A stretch of 64,000 bases of DNA, from positions 8,071-72,070 of the forward strand of contig JAFGIV010000006.1 in assembly GCA_016929435.1 (NCBI GenBank), given 5' to 3'. Every line of letters begins with the position of its first letter. Positions within the stretch are counted from its first letter, which is position 1. This DNA is from Candidatus Uhrbacteria bacterium. Its GTDB lineage: Bacteria > Patescibacteriota > Patescibacteriia > SG8-24. Position numbers and translations under genes: made by a program. Below the pieces are notes generated by a model. The model was not told where the DNA came from. It worked only from the letters and a program-made list of their open reading frames with translations, and ran no database searches. Positions 18,783 through 29,072 of the stretch are shown here, one piece after another.

Positions 18783-19361
18783 CTATTTTTCGGTGATGCG
18801 ACCTTTGGGATTCCAGGGATCACCTTCGTTTTTGGGGTAATCGAACCAGATGCGGGCACTGGTGACGTCACACAGGTGACAAAAAGCCGCGAGGGGATTC
18901 ATCACCCGGAATTTGCTGCTGTAGTCCCGATGTTCTCCCTCGACATACTTCAGGCCGTTTCGCTGTTCCGGAGTCAGGACCAGTCCGTATTCGGACATTT
19001 TTTTGTTTCGGAATGTCCGGGCTGCCCCCTTAGTCTTCAGCCCCTCGACATATTCCGTTTCGCCCCGGTCGTTCAGGCGGTATTTCCACGGTTTTTCCAG
19101 GTCATGCAGAAACAGGACCAAGAGGGCATCGGAAAGGCTGAAGTTTAATGGTCGGAGTTCGGATAGGGTGCGATAGAGGATTATGGCCAGGTTCATCGTC
19201 TCCAAAACATGGTCGTGATATCCGCCCGGCCAATTTTGGTGGTTGTTGGACGAACCCCGAACCCGGCGGAATATTTCTTTGTTGTCGGCCAAGATTTTTT
19301 TGCATGCCCGGCGGTTCGGCATTTCGATCATTTCCGTCAGGTCGTCAATTGAAATGTACAT
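18783..19361 (-). CDS. HD-superfamily hydrolase-like protein
   Basis: HQNWPGGYHDHV...LHDLEKP...CD.SAR. SD AAGGAGG precedes the ATG at 19361. Confidence 0.75.
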   Translation of the reverse strand: MYISIDDLTEMIEMPNRRACKKILADNKEIFRRVRGSSNNHQNWPGGYHDHVLETMNLAIILYRTLSELRPLNFSLSDALLVLFLHDLEKPWKYRLNDRGETEYVEGLKTKGAARTFRNKKMSEYGLVLTPEQRNGLKYVEGEHRDYSSKFRVMNPLAAFCHLCDVTSARIWFDYPKNEGDPWNPKGRITEK

Positions 19362-19744
19362 TGCGTGTTTTTCCCTCCTTTTTCCTTGCCCCCACATGTT
19401 AATAGGTCCGTAAATGTTCGTCAACACGCCGAACGGTCGATAATCCGTCCGCTGTTGCCCGTTTCTCCCGCGGCTGGTACCATGAAATTGAACTTCACAA
19501 CGGTATCCGTTAAGTTTTGGGTCAAACTTTTGGCTGTCGGGTCCTGAAGGCCCTTCCCGTGGGGAGGGTCGGTGGATCCATGCGGCCCAGCGCTGGTTCC
19601 GGTGGGCCCTGTCGGGATGTCGCCTTGGCGGTCTCTTGACGGCGGGCATCGGAATGGCGGGTTCGATCAGTCGGACTAAGCCCGCTTGTCTCAAGCCAAA
19701 ACTTCGGGTGCCATGCCTGTGGAGTTCGTTATTATCTCGGTTTG

Positions 19745-19818
19745 CGGGCCATAGTATAGTGGTAATACACGCCCTTGGGGTGGGCGAGTCGGGAGTCCGA
19801 TTCTCCCTGGCCCGACCA
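19745..19818 (+). tRNA. tRNA-Pro(GGG)
   Basis: CGGGCCA/TGGCCCG acceptor, CGCCC-TTGGGGT-GGGCG anticodon arm, CCA; T-loop reads TCCGATT. Confidence 0.93.
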
Positions 19819-19931
19819 GCTTTTGCCAACTCATCCCGTTCGGGAGTCGCGTCTGGCGCGGTCGGTTCGGTGGTTTGACATGATAAAAACCGTTCCGGTT
19901 CTGACCGGAACGGTTTGCCGTTTGGGCGGCC

Positions 19932-20105
19932 TTAGGCGCCCTTGGCCAGCGTGCGCAGGCAGCGGGTGCAGGCCTTGACCTTCTGGCCATCCAGGTTCTT
20001 TGTCTGGAGGTTGACGAGCTGGCGGCGCTTGGTGGCGATGTTGGAGTGGCTGCGGGAAACGGCCTGGCTTGGGCCGCGGCCGCAGACATCACATGTCCTG
20101 GACAT
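19932..20105 (-). CDS. rpmB: 50S ribosomal protein L28
   Basis: Not in the ORF track: MSRTCDVCGRGPSQAVSRSHSNIATKRRQLVNLQ...CTRCLRTL. Confidence 0.95.
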   Translation of the reverse strand: MSRTCDVCGRGPSQAVSRSHSNIATKRRQLVNLQTKNLDGQKVKACTRCLRTLAKGA

Positions 20106-20216
20106 ACTCTGTCGGTTAGCTAAGTTGACTAGGACACATTAACATCGGCTGGGCGTTTAGTCAAGTTTGCCGTTCCAATTTCAGGTAGGGTGATAATTCC
20201 GTTAATTTTAGCCTAA

Positions 20217-20855
20217 ATGGACATGCGAATCGGTTTGTTGGCCTATTTGGCGCTCCTGGTTTCCTTGAGTTTCCACGAGTTCATGCACGCCTACTCGGCG
20301 TATCTTTTGGGGGATCGGACGGCGGAAAGGGCCGGTCGGCTGACATTGAATCCCGTCCGGCACATAGACTTCCTGGGAACCGTCGTTCTGCCCCTGATGG
20401 GACTGTTTTCCGGCATGCCCGTGTTCGGATGGGCCAAACCGGTTCCGGTCAATCCCCATAACCTGAAGGGTGGGCGGTGGGGGCCGGCCCTGGTGGGTGG
20501 TGCCGGCCCGCTCTCCAATTTTTTTGCGGCCGCGGTTTTCCTGGTCCTGCTTAGGGTGGCCCTGGGGTTTTTTCCGCCGGAGAACCTCCTGGTGGTTTTC
20601 CTGTTCCAGCTGGTGACCGTCAATGTCGTCCTGGGGGTGTTTAACCTGATTCCCGTCCCGCCGCTTGACGGTTCTTCCGTGCTGGAGTCGTTCCTGGTCG
20701 CCCCCCGCTGGCGGAACCTGTTGGCGTTCCTGGAGAGCCGGGGGCCGATGCTCCTGATTCTCCTGATCGTCCTGGACTCCATGTCCCCGGTTTCCCTGCT
20801 CGGATCGGTATTCGTAGTTGCAGTCAACGGTTTTTTCGCCTTGGGCGGGATGTAA
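20217..20855 (+). CDS. Site-2 protease (peptidase M50)
   Basis: HEFMH, GRLTLNP, GWAKPVP, AGPLSN, FNLIPVPPLDG. Confidence 0.95.
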   Translation: MDMRIGLLAYLALLVSLSFHEFMHAYSAYLLGDRTAERAGRLTLNPVRHIDFLGTVVLPLMGLFSGMPVFGWAKPVPVNPHNLKGGRWGPALVGGAGPLSNFFAAAVFLVLLRVALGFFPPENLLVVFLFQLVTVNVVLGVFNLIPVPPLDGSSVLESFLVAPRWRNLLAFLESRGPMLLILLIVLDSMSPVSLLGSVFVVAVNGFFALGGM

Positions 20856-20987
20856 TCCGGGCTTGCCCCAAAGCGTGGACGAAAAAGGCGCCGCTTGACC
20901 AGCGGCGCCGAAGTTTTTTGTTTTTTTGTCAAGGATAGGGATGTCAAAAACCGCCCCCTATGGCGGTTTTTGCTTGTTTTCGGTAAT

Positions 20988-21452
20988 TTATCCTTCCGGT
21001 GTCCCTTCCCAATCCGGCGGGTTCTCGTCCAGGGGAGCGTTCACTGACTCGGTCGGGTCATGGGGTTCCGGTGCCTGGCAGTTGGCGACCACGGAAGGGG
21101 AGTCCGACTCGTTCCGCCAGGCATAGCCCACGCCGGGCGGCACGGACAGGAGACGGTAGAGCTTCGGGTCTTCGGCGGACAGGACTATTTTCGTCGCCTG
21201 TCCGGCCGTCGGCGAACCCGGGCGGTCATCCCTTAGGATGAAGGTTATTCGGCCGTGCGGCACGGCAAGGTTCTGGACGGTCCGGAGGTGGGTTTTCCAC
21301 CCCTTGGTCACGCCAGGATTGATGACCGAGAAATACGCTTCCCCGAAGCCCGTGAAGTGCGGGTCGTCTGACCGGAGCATCCGCATCACCTTTCCCCGCT
21401 CGTCCCCCACGGTTTTCAGCGGGGTTATTTTCAGGCCGTCGATGGCGGACAT
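20988..21452 (-). CDS. RmlC-like NDP-4-keto-6-deoxyhexose 3,5-epimerase (cupin)
   Basis: DERG, GEAYFS..PGVTKGWKTH, D.RPGSPT, VPPGV. Confidence 0.85.
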   Translation of the reverse strand: MSAIDGLKITPLKTVGDERGKVMRMLRSDDPHFTGFGEAYFSVINPGVTKGWKTHLRTVQNLAVPHGRITFILRDDRPGSPTAGQATKIVLSAEDPKLYRLLSVPPGVGYAWRNESDSPSVVANCQAPEPHDPTESVNAPLDENPPDWEGTPEG

Positions 21453-21484
21453 GTTTTCGGGGCCTAAATCCGGGACGCCGCCGC

Positions 21485-22537
21485 CTATTCCCGGCAGCGG
21501 CAGGCATCCGGATCGATTTCCTGTTTCCGGCCGTTTTTTTGCGACAGGAAGTTCCGGTACCATTCGATCGTTTCCTTCAGCCCCTCGTCCAGGCTGTATA
21601 TCGGTTCCCAACCGAGGAGGCTCTTGGCCTTGGCGCTGGACAGGGTCTGGTCGTGGATTTCGGCCTTGGCCTGGTTCAGGATCTCCGGCTCCAGGTCGGA
21701 TCCGGCAATCTTGAGCAGCTGATCCACCAGTTTCAGGACGGTCATCCCGTTACCGGTGCTGAAGTTGAAGGCCTGACCCACGATCTCCGGACGGTCCATG
21801 TTCTCGGCCAGGGCGATGTAGGCGCTGGCCGCATCCTTCACGAAGAAATAGTCGCGGACGAACAGCCCGTCGCTCCGGATGACCGGGGATCGGCCCATGA
21901 CCATGTCCCGGATGATCCCGGGCACCAGTCGGTTGAAGTTCAGGTCCCCCGGTCCGTAGAGGTTGCCGCAGCGGGTGACGCAGACCGGGGTGCCGTAGGT
22001 GTTGTGGTAGGTGTAGGCGATCAGGTCCGTGCAGGATTTGGAGACGTCATAGGGGTGGTTGCCGCGCAGGGACGCCTCTTCCGTATAGGGAAGGATCGGT
22101 TGCGGACCGTAGGCCTTGTCCGAGGAGGCCACCACCACCCGCTTGACCGTGGGGGAGAGGCGGGCCGATTCCATGACGTGGCAGGTGCCCATGATGTTGG
22201 TCCGGAGCGTCGGCAGGGGGCAGCGGTTGGCGATCGGGGCGATCGGTTGGGCCCCCACATGGAAGACCGTTTCCGCCTCATACTCGTTTATGGACCGGTA
22301 GACCGAATCGTAGTCGTTCAGGTCCCCGTAGGCGATTGATACCCGGTTCATGGCATCCGTCTCGAAGAGGCGGCTGGTGGGGACATGATCCCGCTTCAGG
22401 ACCGCGACATTGGCCCCAAGCTGGTCCAGCAATTCCACTATGTGGGAACCCAGAAGCCCGAACCCCCCGGTCACCAGGACATTCCGGTCCTTCCAGAAGG
22501 ATCGGCGCTTTTCGGTGACGATTTGGTCTTTAAACAT
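21485..22537 (-). CDS. NDP-sugar 4,6-dehydratase (CDP-glucose 4,6-dehydratase/RfbG-like)
   Basis: FWKDRNVLVTGGFGLLG, ASSDKAY, YDVSK, RCGNLYGPGD. Confidence 0.85.
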   Translation of the reverse strand: MFKDQIVTEKRRSFWKDRNVLVTGGFGLLGSHIVELLDQLGANVAVLKRDHVPTSRLFETDAMNRVSIAYGDLNDYDSVYRSINEYEAETVFHVGAQPIAPIANRCPLPTLRTNIMGTCHVMESARLSPTVKRVVVASSDKAYGPQPILPYTEEASLRGNHPYDVSKSCTDLIAYTYHNTYGTPVCVTRCGNLYGPGDLNFNRLVPGIIRDMVMGRSPVIRSDGLFVRDYFFVKDAASAYIALAENMDRPEIVGQAFNFSTGNGMTVLKLVDQLLKIAGSDLEPEILNQAKAEIHDQTLSSAKAKSLLGWEPIYSLDEGLKETIEWYRNFLSQKNGRKQEIDPDACRCRE

Positions 22538-22664
22538 AGTTTATCCGTTAATGGATGATGGGTGCCTGTCCGGGCCGTTTTCCTAGCTTAGCTTATCTTC
22601 TTGCGCTTAATCGTGTCAATGCCGGAAGTTTTTGACGGCAGTTTTTTTGTGGTAAGATTCGGGC

Positions 22665-23540
22665 ATGAACATCATCATTTTTGGCGCCACCGGCCGACTC
22701 GGCACGGCCCTGTGTCGCCACCTGACCGGACACAATCTGAAACTGCCGGCCACCGAGGATTTCGCCTCGGCGGACGGCCCGGAACTGGTCCGGATGATCA
22801 GGGAATCCGGAGCCGAGATGGCCGTCAACACCGCCGCCTACAACAACGTCAACGGGGCCGAGGGGGACGGATACGAGACCTGCCGCCGGGCCAACGCCGA
22901 ATTCCCCGGTCTTTTGGCCGATGCCGCCGCAACCGTCGGCATTCCCCTGATTCATTTCTCCACCAACTACGTCTTTTCCGGGGAAAAGGGGAGTCCCTAT
23001 GTGGAAAGCGATGTCCCGGATCCGGTCAGCCGATACGGTCAGGCCAAGGCCGACGGCGAACGGCTGGTTCGGGAAAACCACCCGGAAGGATCGTTCGTCA
23101 TCCGCACCTCCCGCCTGTTCGGTCCGCCGGGTACGGCTCCGGAGTCCAAGCGCAGCTTCGTGGAGATAATCGTGGGGGAACTGTCCGAACAGGCCGCTTC
23201 CCCGGATCCGAAGCCGGTTTTGGTGGACGATCGGGAGGTCTGTTCCCCGACTTTCATTGACGATTTGGCCGAAGCCGTAACCCGCCATTTTATCGGTGCC
23301 CAACAGCCGGTCGGGATATATCACCTGACCAACAGCGGCAGCTGCACCTGGTTCGGTTGGGCCGAGGAGATCGCCCGGCTGTCAGGATTGGGCGTTCCGG
23401 TGGCTCCGCGCCCCCTGTCCGAAATCAAGCCCCGTCCGGCCAGGGTGCCGCCGTATTCCGTCCTGGAATCGACCCGTTTGCCGGCGCTTCGGCCCTGGCC
23501 GGAGGCTTTGCGGGATTACATGTCCAAATATGGAAAATAG
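22665..23540 (+). CDS. RmlD-like NDP-4-dehydrorhamnose reductase
   Basis: GATGRLG, NTAAYN, HFSTNYVFSG, YGQAK, SPT, GIYH. Confidence 0.9.
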   Translation: MNIIIFGATGRLGTALCRHLTGHNLKLPATEDFASADGPELVRMIRESGAEMAVNTAAYNNVNGAEGDGYETCRRANAEFPGLLADAAATVGIPLIHFSTNYVFSGEKGSPYVESDVPDPVSRYGQAKADGERLVRENHPEGSFVIRTSRLFGPPGTAPESKRSFVEIIVGELSEQAASPDPKPVLVDDREVCSPTFIDDLAEAVTRHFIGAQQPVGIYHLTNSGSCTWFGWAEEIARLSGLGVPVAPRPLSEIKPRPARVPPYSVLESTRLPALRPWPEALRDYMSKYGK

Positions 23541-24123
23541 GGAAATTCATGCCGAGACCGGTATTGACGGGTTGGCCGTCGAACCGCAGCCGATCTTCGG
23601 CAATCCGGACGGGGCCGTCCTTCACCTTATTCCCGGCGGAACGGACAGTCCGGAAATGCTGGACGGAGGAATTAGGGACGTTTATGCCTCTATGGCCATT
23701 GGTCGCGGTATCTGGCGTGGTGGACACTACCACGGACGGTTGGACGAGTTCTTTTTCGTGATGTCCGGACGGGCGGTGTGGCTGTTCGTTGACATGCGTC
23801 CCGAATCCCGGACCAGCGGCCGGCATTACCTGTGCGTGGTTGACGCTGAAGCTCGCCGTAATGGCGCCGGTTCATTGGGGCCGCCCGTCCCCGAGTTCTC
23901 CGTGGTCGGGGACATGAAGAGCTACCGTTTGCGGGTGCCGGCCGGAGTCTACCATGCCTATGCGCCCCTCGGAGAGGGGAGGGTCATGATTTTGGCGGTG
24001 GGGAATACGCCTTTCGACGGTCAGGACTATTTCTATCCGGATATCCGGACCGTCGGCGATTCCCCCGCCCTTCACGAGCGGCTGGAGGAACTGGGGCTGG
24101 AAATCCCCAAACCGACCCGATAG
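23530..24123 (+). CDS. RmlC-like cupin (sugar epimerase/isomerase)
   Basis: RGGHYH...EFF, D.RPES.T, VPAGVYH. Confidence 0.75.
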   Translation: MENREIHAETGIDGLAVEPQPIFGNPDGAVLHLIPGGTDSPEMLDGGIRDVYASMAIGRGIWRGGHYHGRLDEFFFVMSGRAVWLFVDMRPESRTSGRHYLCVVDAEARRNGAGSLGPPVPEFSVVGDMKSYRLRVPAGVYHAYAPLGEGRVMILAVGNTPFDGQDYFYPDIRTVGDSPALHERLEELGLEIPKPTR

Positions 24124-24173
24124 GAAAAAAGACAGGCCCCCGGAAAGGGAGCCTGTCTTTTTTTGAGGCAGCC

Positions 24174-25304
24174 TTACCACCGGATCAGGAAATAGAGTAC
24201 TCTCCAGGAGAGCGACATCAGCGGGTTGGCGATATTGGTCATGAAGAAACCGCCCATACCCGGTTCCTGGAAATCGATGGTCGGGACGGCCCAGCGCAGG
24301 AATTCCCGGTCGCCGATCTTTCGGAAGGACTGGATCCGCTTCCGGCGGTTCCCGATCCATTTCCAGGTGGAAGGTTTCAGCATGGCCCGGAAGGCCCGGA
24401 GCTTCTCCCGGTGCCAGCCGCCGCCCAAGATCGCCAGGGGCAGGGAGGCCAGTTCGGAGACCAGGATGGGAAGGAAAAGTAGCGCAATGGTCGCCGGTCT
24501 GTAGTATGACAGCAGGACGATCAGGCGGTTCCGTTCCATCCAGAAGAACTTGGTGATGCTCTTGGAGAACTGGTAGTGGTGATAGACCACGCTTTCCGGT
24601 TCGATGACCACCTTCCAGCCGGCCGTCCGGGCGGCGAAGGACAGGTCAATGTCCTCGTGGTAGAGGAAGAAGTCCCGGTCGAAAAGCCCGGTGGTTTCGG
24701 TCATGGCGATCCTGACCAGCAGGCCGGCCCCGCTGGCCGTCGGGATCTCCAGGTCAACGTTCCCGGATTTCCGTTCGGTCTCGAAGAATTCGGCGGCCCG
24801 GTCCGCGGTCCAGAGGTAGCCGCCGCAGTAGCCGAAGCCCAGGAAGTGGAAACGGTTTCCGACGCTGTTCACCAGGTTCCGGTCCCGGCCCAGGAGGAGG
24901 AAGGATTGGACCAACCCTATTTTGGGGTCCCTTTCGGTCCTTTCCACGGCCCGCTTCAGGAAAAGGGGATCGACTTCCGTATCCTGGTTCAGGAGATAGA
25001 CGTAGTCGTGGCCGGATTTCCTGGCCGCCTCCAGGCCGATGTTGTTGGCCCCGGAAAACCCCCAGTCCCGGTCGTTCTTTATTGTCGTCAGTTTCGGCAG
25101 TTCGGTGCCGGCCTTGGGACCCCATTCCGCCTCGATGAAAGACCAGCTGTTTCCGCCCTCGGACGGGTTCTCGACGCAGACTATCTCCCAGCTGTCTTTC
25201 GGGTAATCGACCCGGGAAAGGGACCGGAAACATCGGGTCAGGTCCCGGTAGGAGTCGCGGCCCCATTTGGTCAGGAGTATGACGGCGACTTTCGGTTGGC
25301 TCAT
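24174..25304 (-). CDS. Glycosyltransferase family 2
   Basis: GFSGANN, LLNQD, GAGLL, FFLYHEDIDL. Confidence 0.92.
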   Translation of the reverse strand: MSQPKVAVILLTKWGRDSYRDLTRCFRSLSRVDYPKDSWEIVCVENPSEGGNSWSFIEAEWGPKAGTELPKLTTIKNDRDWGFSGANNIGLEAARKSGHDYVYLLNQDTEVDPLFLKRAVERTERDPKIGLVQSFLLLGRDRNLVNSVGNRFHFLGFGYCGGYLWTADRAAEFFETERKSGNVDLEIPTASGAGLLVRIAMTETTGLFDRDFFLYHEDIDLSFAARTAGWKVVIEPESVVYHHYQFSKSITKFFWMERNRLIVLLSYYRPATIALLFLPILVSELASLPLAILGGGWHREKLRAFRAMLKPSTWKWIGNRRKRIQSFRKIGDREFLRWAVPTIDFQEPGMGGFFMTNIANPLMSLSWRVLYFLIRW

Positions 25305-25314
25305 GATCGTGGGG

Positions 25315-27147
25315 TTAGTTTTCGGGGATGGTCGGGGACGGCTTTCCCGCCCACTTGGCCAGGTATTTGATCCAGCTGGCGATGTGTCCGCGGGTTTCCT
25401 TCTTGCGCAGGAAATTCAGCAGGGGGTTGCGGATCATGGCCGATTCCCGGCTGTGGGCATGGCGGATCGTCACTTCTGGCAGGTAGTGGATATCCCTTCC
25501 GGACAGCCAGGTGCGGCGGCAGAGATCGACGTCCTCGAAGTATAGCCAGAAGCGGTCATCGAACCCTCCCAGCCGTTTCCAGACGGATCGCGGCAGCATC
25601 ATGGCCGATCCCTGGATCCACTCCACCGGACGGATCGACCGATGGTCATAGTCGCGCATCAGGAACCGGTCGGCGTAGCGTCTGCCCCAGGCGGTTCTCT
25701 TGAGTCCGGAACGGATCACCAGCGGCTGATACCAGGTGGGGAAACGTCGGCAGGTGTCCTGGACGGTTTCGCCGGAGACATCCGTGATCTTCGGTCCGAC
25801 CATCCCGACCTTCGGATGGGCCTTCAGGTAATCGACCATGGAATCGATGGCTTTCGGATCGTTCAGTACCGTATCCGGGTTGAGGATGAAATAGTAGTCG
25901 GCCTCGATTTGGAGGGCCGCCCGGTTGCAGGAACGGCCGTAGCCGTGATCCCCATCCCGCATCAGGCAATACGATCCCGGTAGGACGGACTCAACCAGCT
26001 CGTTGGCCCGATAGGCAACGGAGGCGTTATCCGCCACCACCAGCCTGATTCGGCAGCGGCCGGTTTCGGCGGCCGTTTTCAGGGATTCCAGACAGGCGGA
26101 ATTCAGGTCGTTATGGGAGACCATGATGACGGCCACATCGGTTTCGGCCGGCTCCAGGCAATCCGCCGGCCGGTTATCGCGTATTTTCCGGATAAAATCC
26201 CTTTTTTGGTCCAGGTAGTCCCTGTTTCTCTCGGTATCTTCCCGGCGTTTTTTCAGGAAATGCGGGCAGCGGATTGCCCAATAGGCGGTTTTGGCCATTT
26301 CCACGGCCAGGATGTCCGGGCGACGGAAGATCCAGGTCTTGGGACTGTTGAAGTGTGCCGACATCATCCAGAAATGGTTGCGGAAGGACAGGTAGGCGGT
26401 TTCCTCGGAGAACGGCCGCCTTACGCCTTTCCCGATCGATCGGCGGTGGTAGGCGACGGCCCGGTTGACCGTGTGGGCCCCGAATCCGCCGGCCCGCAGT
26501 CGGAAGGCCAAATCGACGTCCTCCTTATATGACCGATAGGTTTGGTCAAACATTTTCCCCTCCGGATGGCAGGCCCGGACAGCGGCCGTACGGTACATGG
26601 GTAGGCAGCCGGAGACCCCGAAGACCGGCATGGGCCCGGCTGGCAGGAGAATTCCTGTAACCGGCCGTCCGGATCCCATGTCCTCGACCTTCCCGCCCCA
26701 TCCGATTTTCAGTCCGACGGTATCCAACGTTCCGGTCTTCCCGCCGTCCTCCCGGTTTCGGCGCTCGAAATCCCAGCGGTAGATCCGGCCGGAGACGGCG
26801 GCGCAGTCCGGAACGCTGTCCAGCTGTTCGGTCAGCCGTTCCAGGTATTCCGGTTCCAGGAAGGCGTCGTCATTCAGCAACTGGACAAATTCGGAATCGA
26901 CCTTCTCGAAGAGAAGGTTATGGGCTCCGGCGAACCCGATGTTCGTTTCCACCCGGAACAGCTCGATCGGCAGCCCCGATTCCCTGACCGCACGGGCGAT
27001 TTCCTCGGCCTCTTCGGATCGGGAAGCGTTGTCCAACACCAGCAGCCGCCAATTTTTGAGGGTTTGGGCCCCTAAGGAACGAAAAAGCGGCGGCAGGTAG
27101 CGGGAACCGTTGTAGCAGGAGAGTTGAAGCGTCAGTTTGGCGGTCAT
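25315..27147 (-). CDS. Two-domain glycosyltransferase family 2
   Basis: Two GT2 modules: DNAS/LLNDD/YKEDVDL and DNAS/LNPD/YFEDVDL. Confidence 0.92.
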   Translation of the reverse strand: MTAKLTLQLSCYNGSRYLPPLFRSLGAQTLKNWRLLVLDNASRSEEAEEIARAVRESGLPIELFRVETNIGFAGAHNLLFEKVDSEFVQLLNDDAFLEPEYLERLTEQLDSVPDCAAVSGRIYRWDFERRNREDGGKTGTLDTVGLKIGWGGKVEDMGSGRPVTGILLPAGPMPVFGVSGCLPMYRTAAVRACHPEGKMFDQTYRSYKEDVDLAFRLRAGGFGAHTVNRAVAYHRRSIGKGVRRPFSEETAYLSFRNHFWMMSAHFNSPKTWIFRRPDILAVEMAKTAYWAIRCPHFLKKRREDTERNRDYLDQKRDFIRKIRDNRPADCLEPAETDVAVIMVSHNDLNSACLESLKTAAETGRCRIRLVVADNASVAYRANELVESVLPGSYCLMRDGDHGYGRSCNRAALQIEADYYFILNPDTVLNDPKAIDSMVDYLKAHPKVGMVGPKITDVSGETVQDTCRRFPTWYQPLVIRSGLKRTAWGRRYADRFLMRDYDHRSIRPVEWIQGSAMMLPRSVWKRLGGFDDRFWLYFEDVDLCRRTWLSGRDIHYLPEVTIRHAHSRESAMIRNPLLNFLRKKETRGHIASWIKYLAKWAGKPSPTIPEN

Positions 27148-28043
27148 ATCCGTTTTCCGGTCAGTTTTTCGAACAGATCGGCTCCGGCGGCGGCGGCGAC
27201 GGCGAACGGCCGCAGGGCCGCAAGGACGGGAGCCTGCCAGGGACGGCCGTGTTTTCGGAAATAACGGACCATGCTGGCCGTGAAGATGGCCTGCTTTTCC
27301 GCATGGCCCATCAGGGCAAATCCCTGGCCGACATGGTCATGGGCCTCGGCATCGGCAGAGAACCTGATCCGCAGGCCGGCCTTTTGGGCTCGGAGGCAGA
27401 AATCCACCTCCTCAAACCAGAGGTGGTAGCCCTCGTCCAGGTAGCCAATTCGATCCAGGAGTTCCCGCCGGAAGGCAAAGAAAGATCCCCGAACCTGATC
27501 AACATCCTGCGACCGGTAGTAGTCGAAGTCACGGAACATGTACCGGTCCAGCAGCTTGGGGAACAGCCGGCCGATCTTCAGCAGGATGCAGAGCTGGGAG
27601 GCGAAGTCCGGAAAACGGCGGACCGAACCGATCGGCCGGCCGTCATGTCCGATCAGCCTGATCCCGGCAACGCCGACGGTTTGGTCTTCGGTAAGGAGGT
27701 CGTGAACCGTCTTTAGGGCTTTGGGTTCCACCAGCATGTCCGGGTTGAGCAGGATGCAGGTTTGGCCCTTGGCCAGTCGCAGGGCCTGGTTGTTGGGCCC
27801 GGCGAAACCGGCATCCCAATCGTTGGTGACGAGGCGGACCCGGGGAAATTCCCGGCGGATCATCCTGACCGTGCCGTCTTCGGAGTTGTTGTCCACGACC
27901 AGCACCTCAAAACTGACCCCGTGATCCAGGGAAAATAGGCGGGTCAGGTTGGCGCGCAGCAGTTCCCTGACCTTCCAGGTGACGATTATCACGCTGACCG
28001 CCGGTGTCCTTGCCGGTTCTGGCCGGTCGTTGTCTCCTTGCAT
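27144..28043 (-). CDS. Glycosyltransferase family 2
   Basis: SVIIVTW, VVDNNSED, LLNPD, EEVDFC. Confidence 0.92.
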   Translation of the reverse strand: MQGDNDRPEPARTPAVSVIIVTWKVRELLRANLTRLFSLDHGVSFEVLVVDNNSEDGTVRMIRREFPRVRLVTNDWDAGFAGPNNQALRLAKGQTCILLNPDMLVEPKALKTVHDLLTEDQTVGVAGIRLIGHDGRPIGSVRRFPDFASQLCILLKIGRLFPKLLDRYMFRDFDYYRSQDVDQVRGSFFAFRRELLDRIGYLDEGYHLWFEEVDFCLRAQKAGLRIRFSADAEAHDHVGQGFALMGHAEKQAIFTASMVRYFRKHGRPWQAPVLAALRPFAVAAAAGADLFEKLTGKRI

Positions 28044-28125
28044 GATTTTGCCGGTGATACTAAGATTTAGCTTAGGCACGGAAACCGCAATTTCAGTCAT
28101 GGTTATCGTCTAAAATTATCGCATT

Positions 28126-28983
28126 ATGGCGGATATCAGTCAATCAATCCCGGTGGTCATACTCTGCGGGGGGAAGGGCACCCGCATGCGGGAGGAGACG
28201 GAGTACCGTCCCAAACCCATGGTGGAGGTCGGCGGTCGGCCTATCCTTTGGCATATAATGAAGCACTACGCCCACTACGGGCACAGGGAGTTCATCCTTT
28301 GTTTGGGATACCGCGGCAACGACATCAAGGACTATTTCCTCCGCCATCACCTGATGGCCAACGATTTCCGGCTGTCCGTTTCCGACGGGCGCTATCACCG
28401 GCCGGACAACGGGGATTATGACGATGACGATTTTCACATCACCTTCGCCGATACCGGATTGGAATCCCTGACCGCCGAGCGGGTTCTCCGGGTAGCCAAA
28501 TACATCCGGACGCCGCGTTTCATGCTGACCTACGGGGACGGCGTCTCTGACCTGGATATCCTCAGGCTTCACGCCCATCACGAGGAACGGCGGCAGACCC
28601 ACGGCGTCGTGGCCACGATCACCGGCATCCACCCCAAGTCCAAGTACGGCCTGGTCTGCTGCGATGACCGCTGTCTGGTCACCAGCTTCAAGGAAAAGCC
28701 CCGCCTGAACGACTACACCAACGGCGGTTTCATGGTCCTGGAGCGCGATTTCATCGGCCAATACTGCCGTCCCGGAAAGATGATCGAGGAGGCGCTGATT
28801 GACGCCAGTCAGGACCGGAAGGTTTCCCTGTACCAGCACGACGGTTTCTGGCACAGCATGGATACGGTCAAGGACAAGGAGGATCTGGAGAGCCTGTGGA
28901 ACAGTGACCCGAAATGGTGCGTTTGGCGGAAGGCCAAGGCAACGGTCGAGCCGGAAAAGGCCTTGGTGGGGGAGAACAGGTAG
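28126..28983 (+). CDS. rfbF: Glucose-1-phosphate cytidylyltransferase
   Basis: ILCGGKGTRMREETEYRPKPMVEVG, LTYGDG, GFW.SMDT. Confidence 0.9.
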   Translation: MADISQSIPVVILCGGKGTRMREETEYRPKPMVEVGGRPILWHIMKHYAHYGHREFILCLGYRGNDIKDYFLRHHLMANDFRLSVSDGRYHRPDNGDYDDDDFHITFADTGLESLTAERVLRVAKYIRTPRFMLTYGDGVSDLDILRLHAHHEERRQTHGVVATITGIHPKSKYGLVCCDDRCLVTSFKEKPRLNDYTNGGFMVLERDFIGQYCRPGKMIEEALIDASQDRKVSLYQHDGFWHSMDTVKDKEDLESLWNSDPKWCVWRKAKATVEPEKALVGENR

Positions 28984-29072
28984 GTGACCACCCATAAATT
29001 CGCACGCATCCATGAGACTTGACTTTTGTGCCATGATTGTATTATATTAGGCGCTAATAAAGAGTACGCAGC

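Noticed and set aside
19540-19740. GC-rich stretch with GGGTTCGAT upstream of tRNA-Pro as a tRNA-like element
   Set aside because: No cloverleaf or acceptor stem could be built.
19362-19829. N-terminal extension of the 348-aa ORF 18783-19829
   Set aside because: It overlaps tRNA-Pro; an SD-supported start at 19361 fits better.
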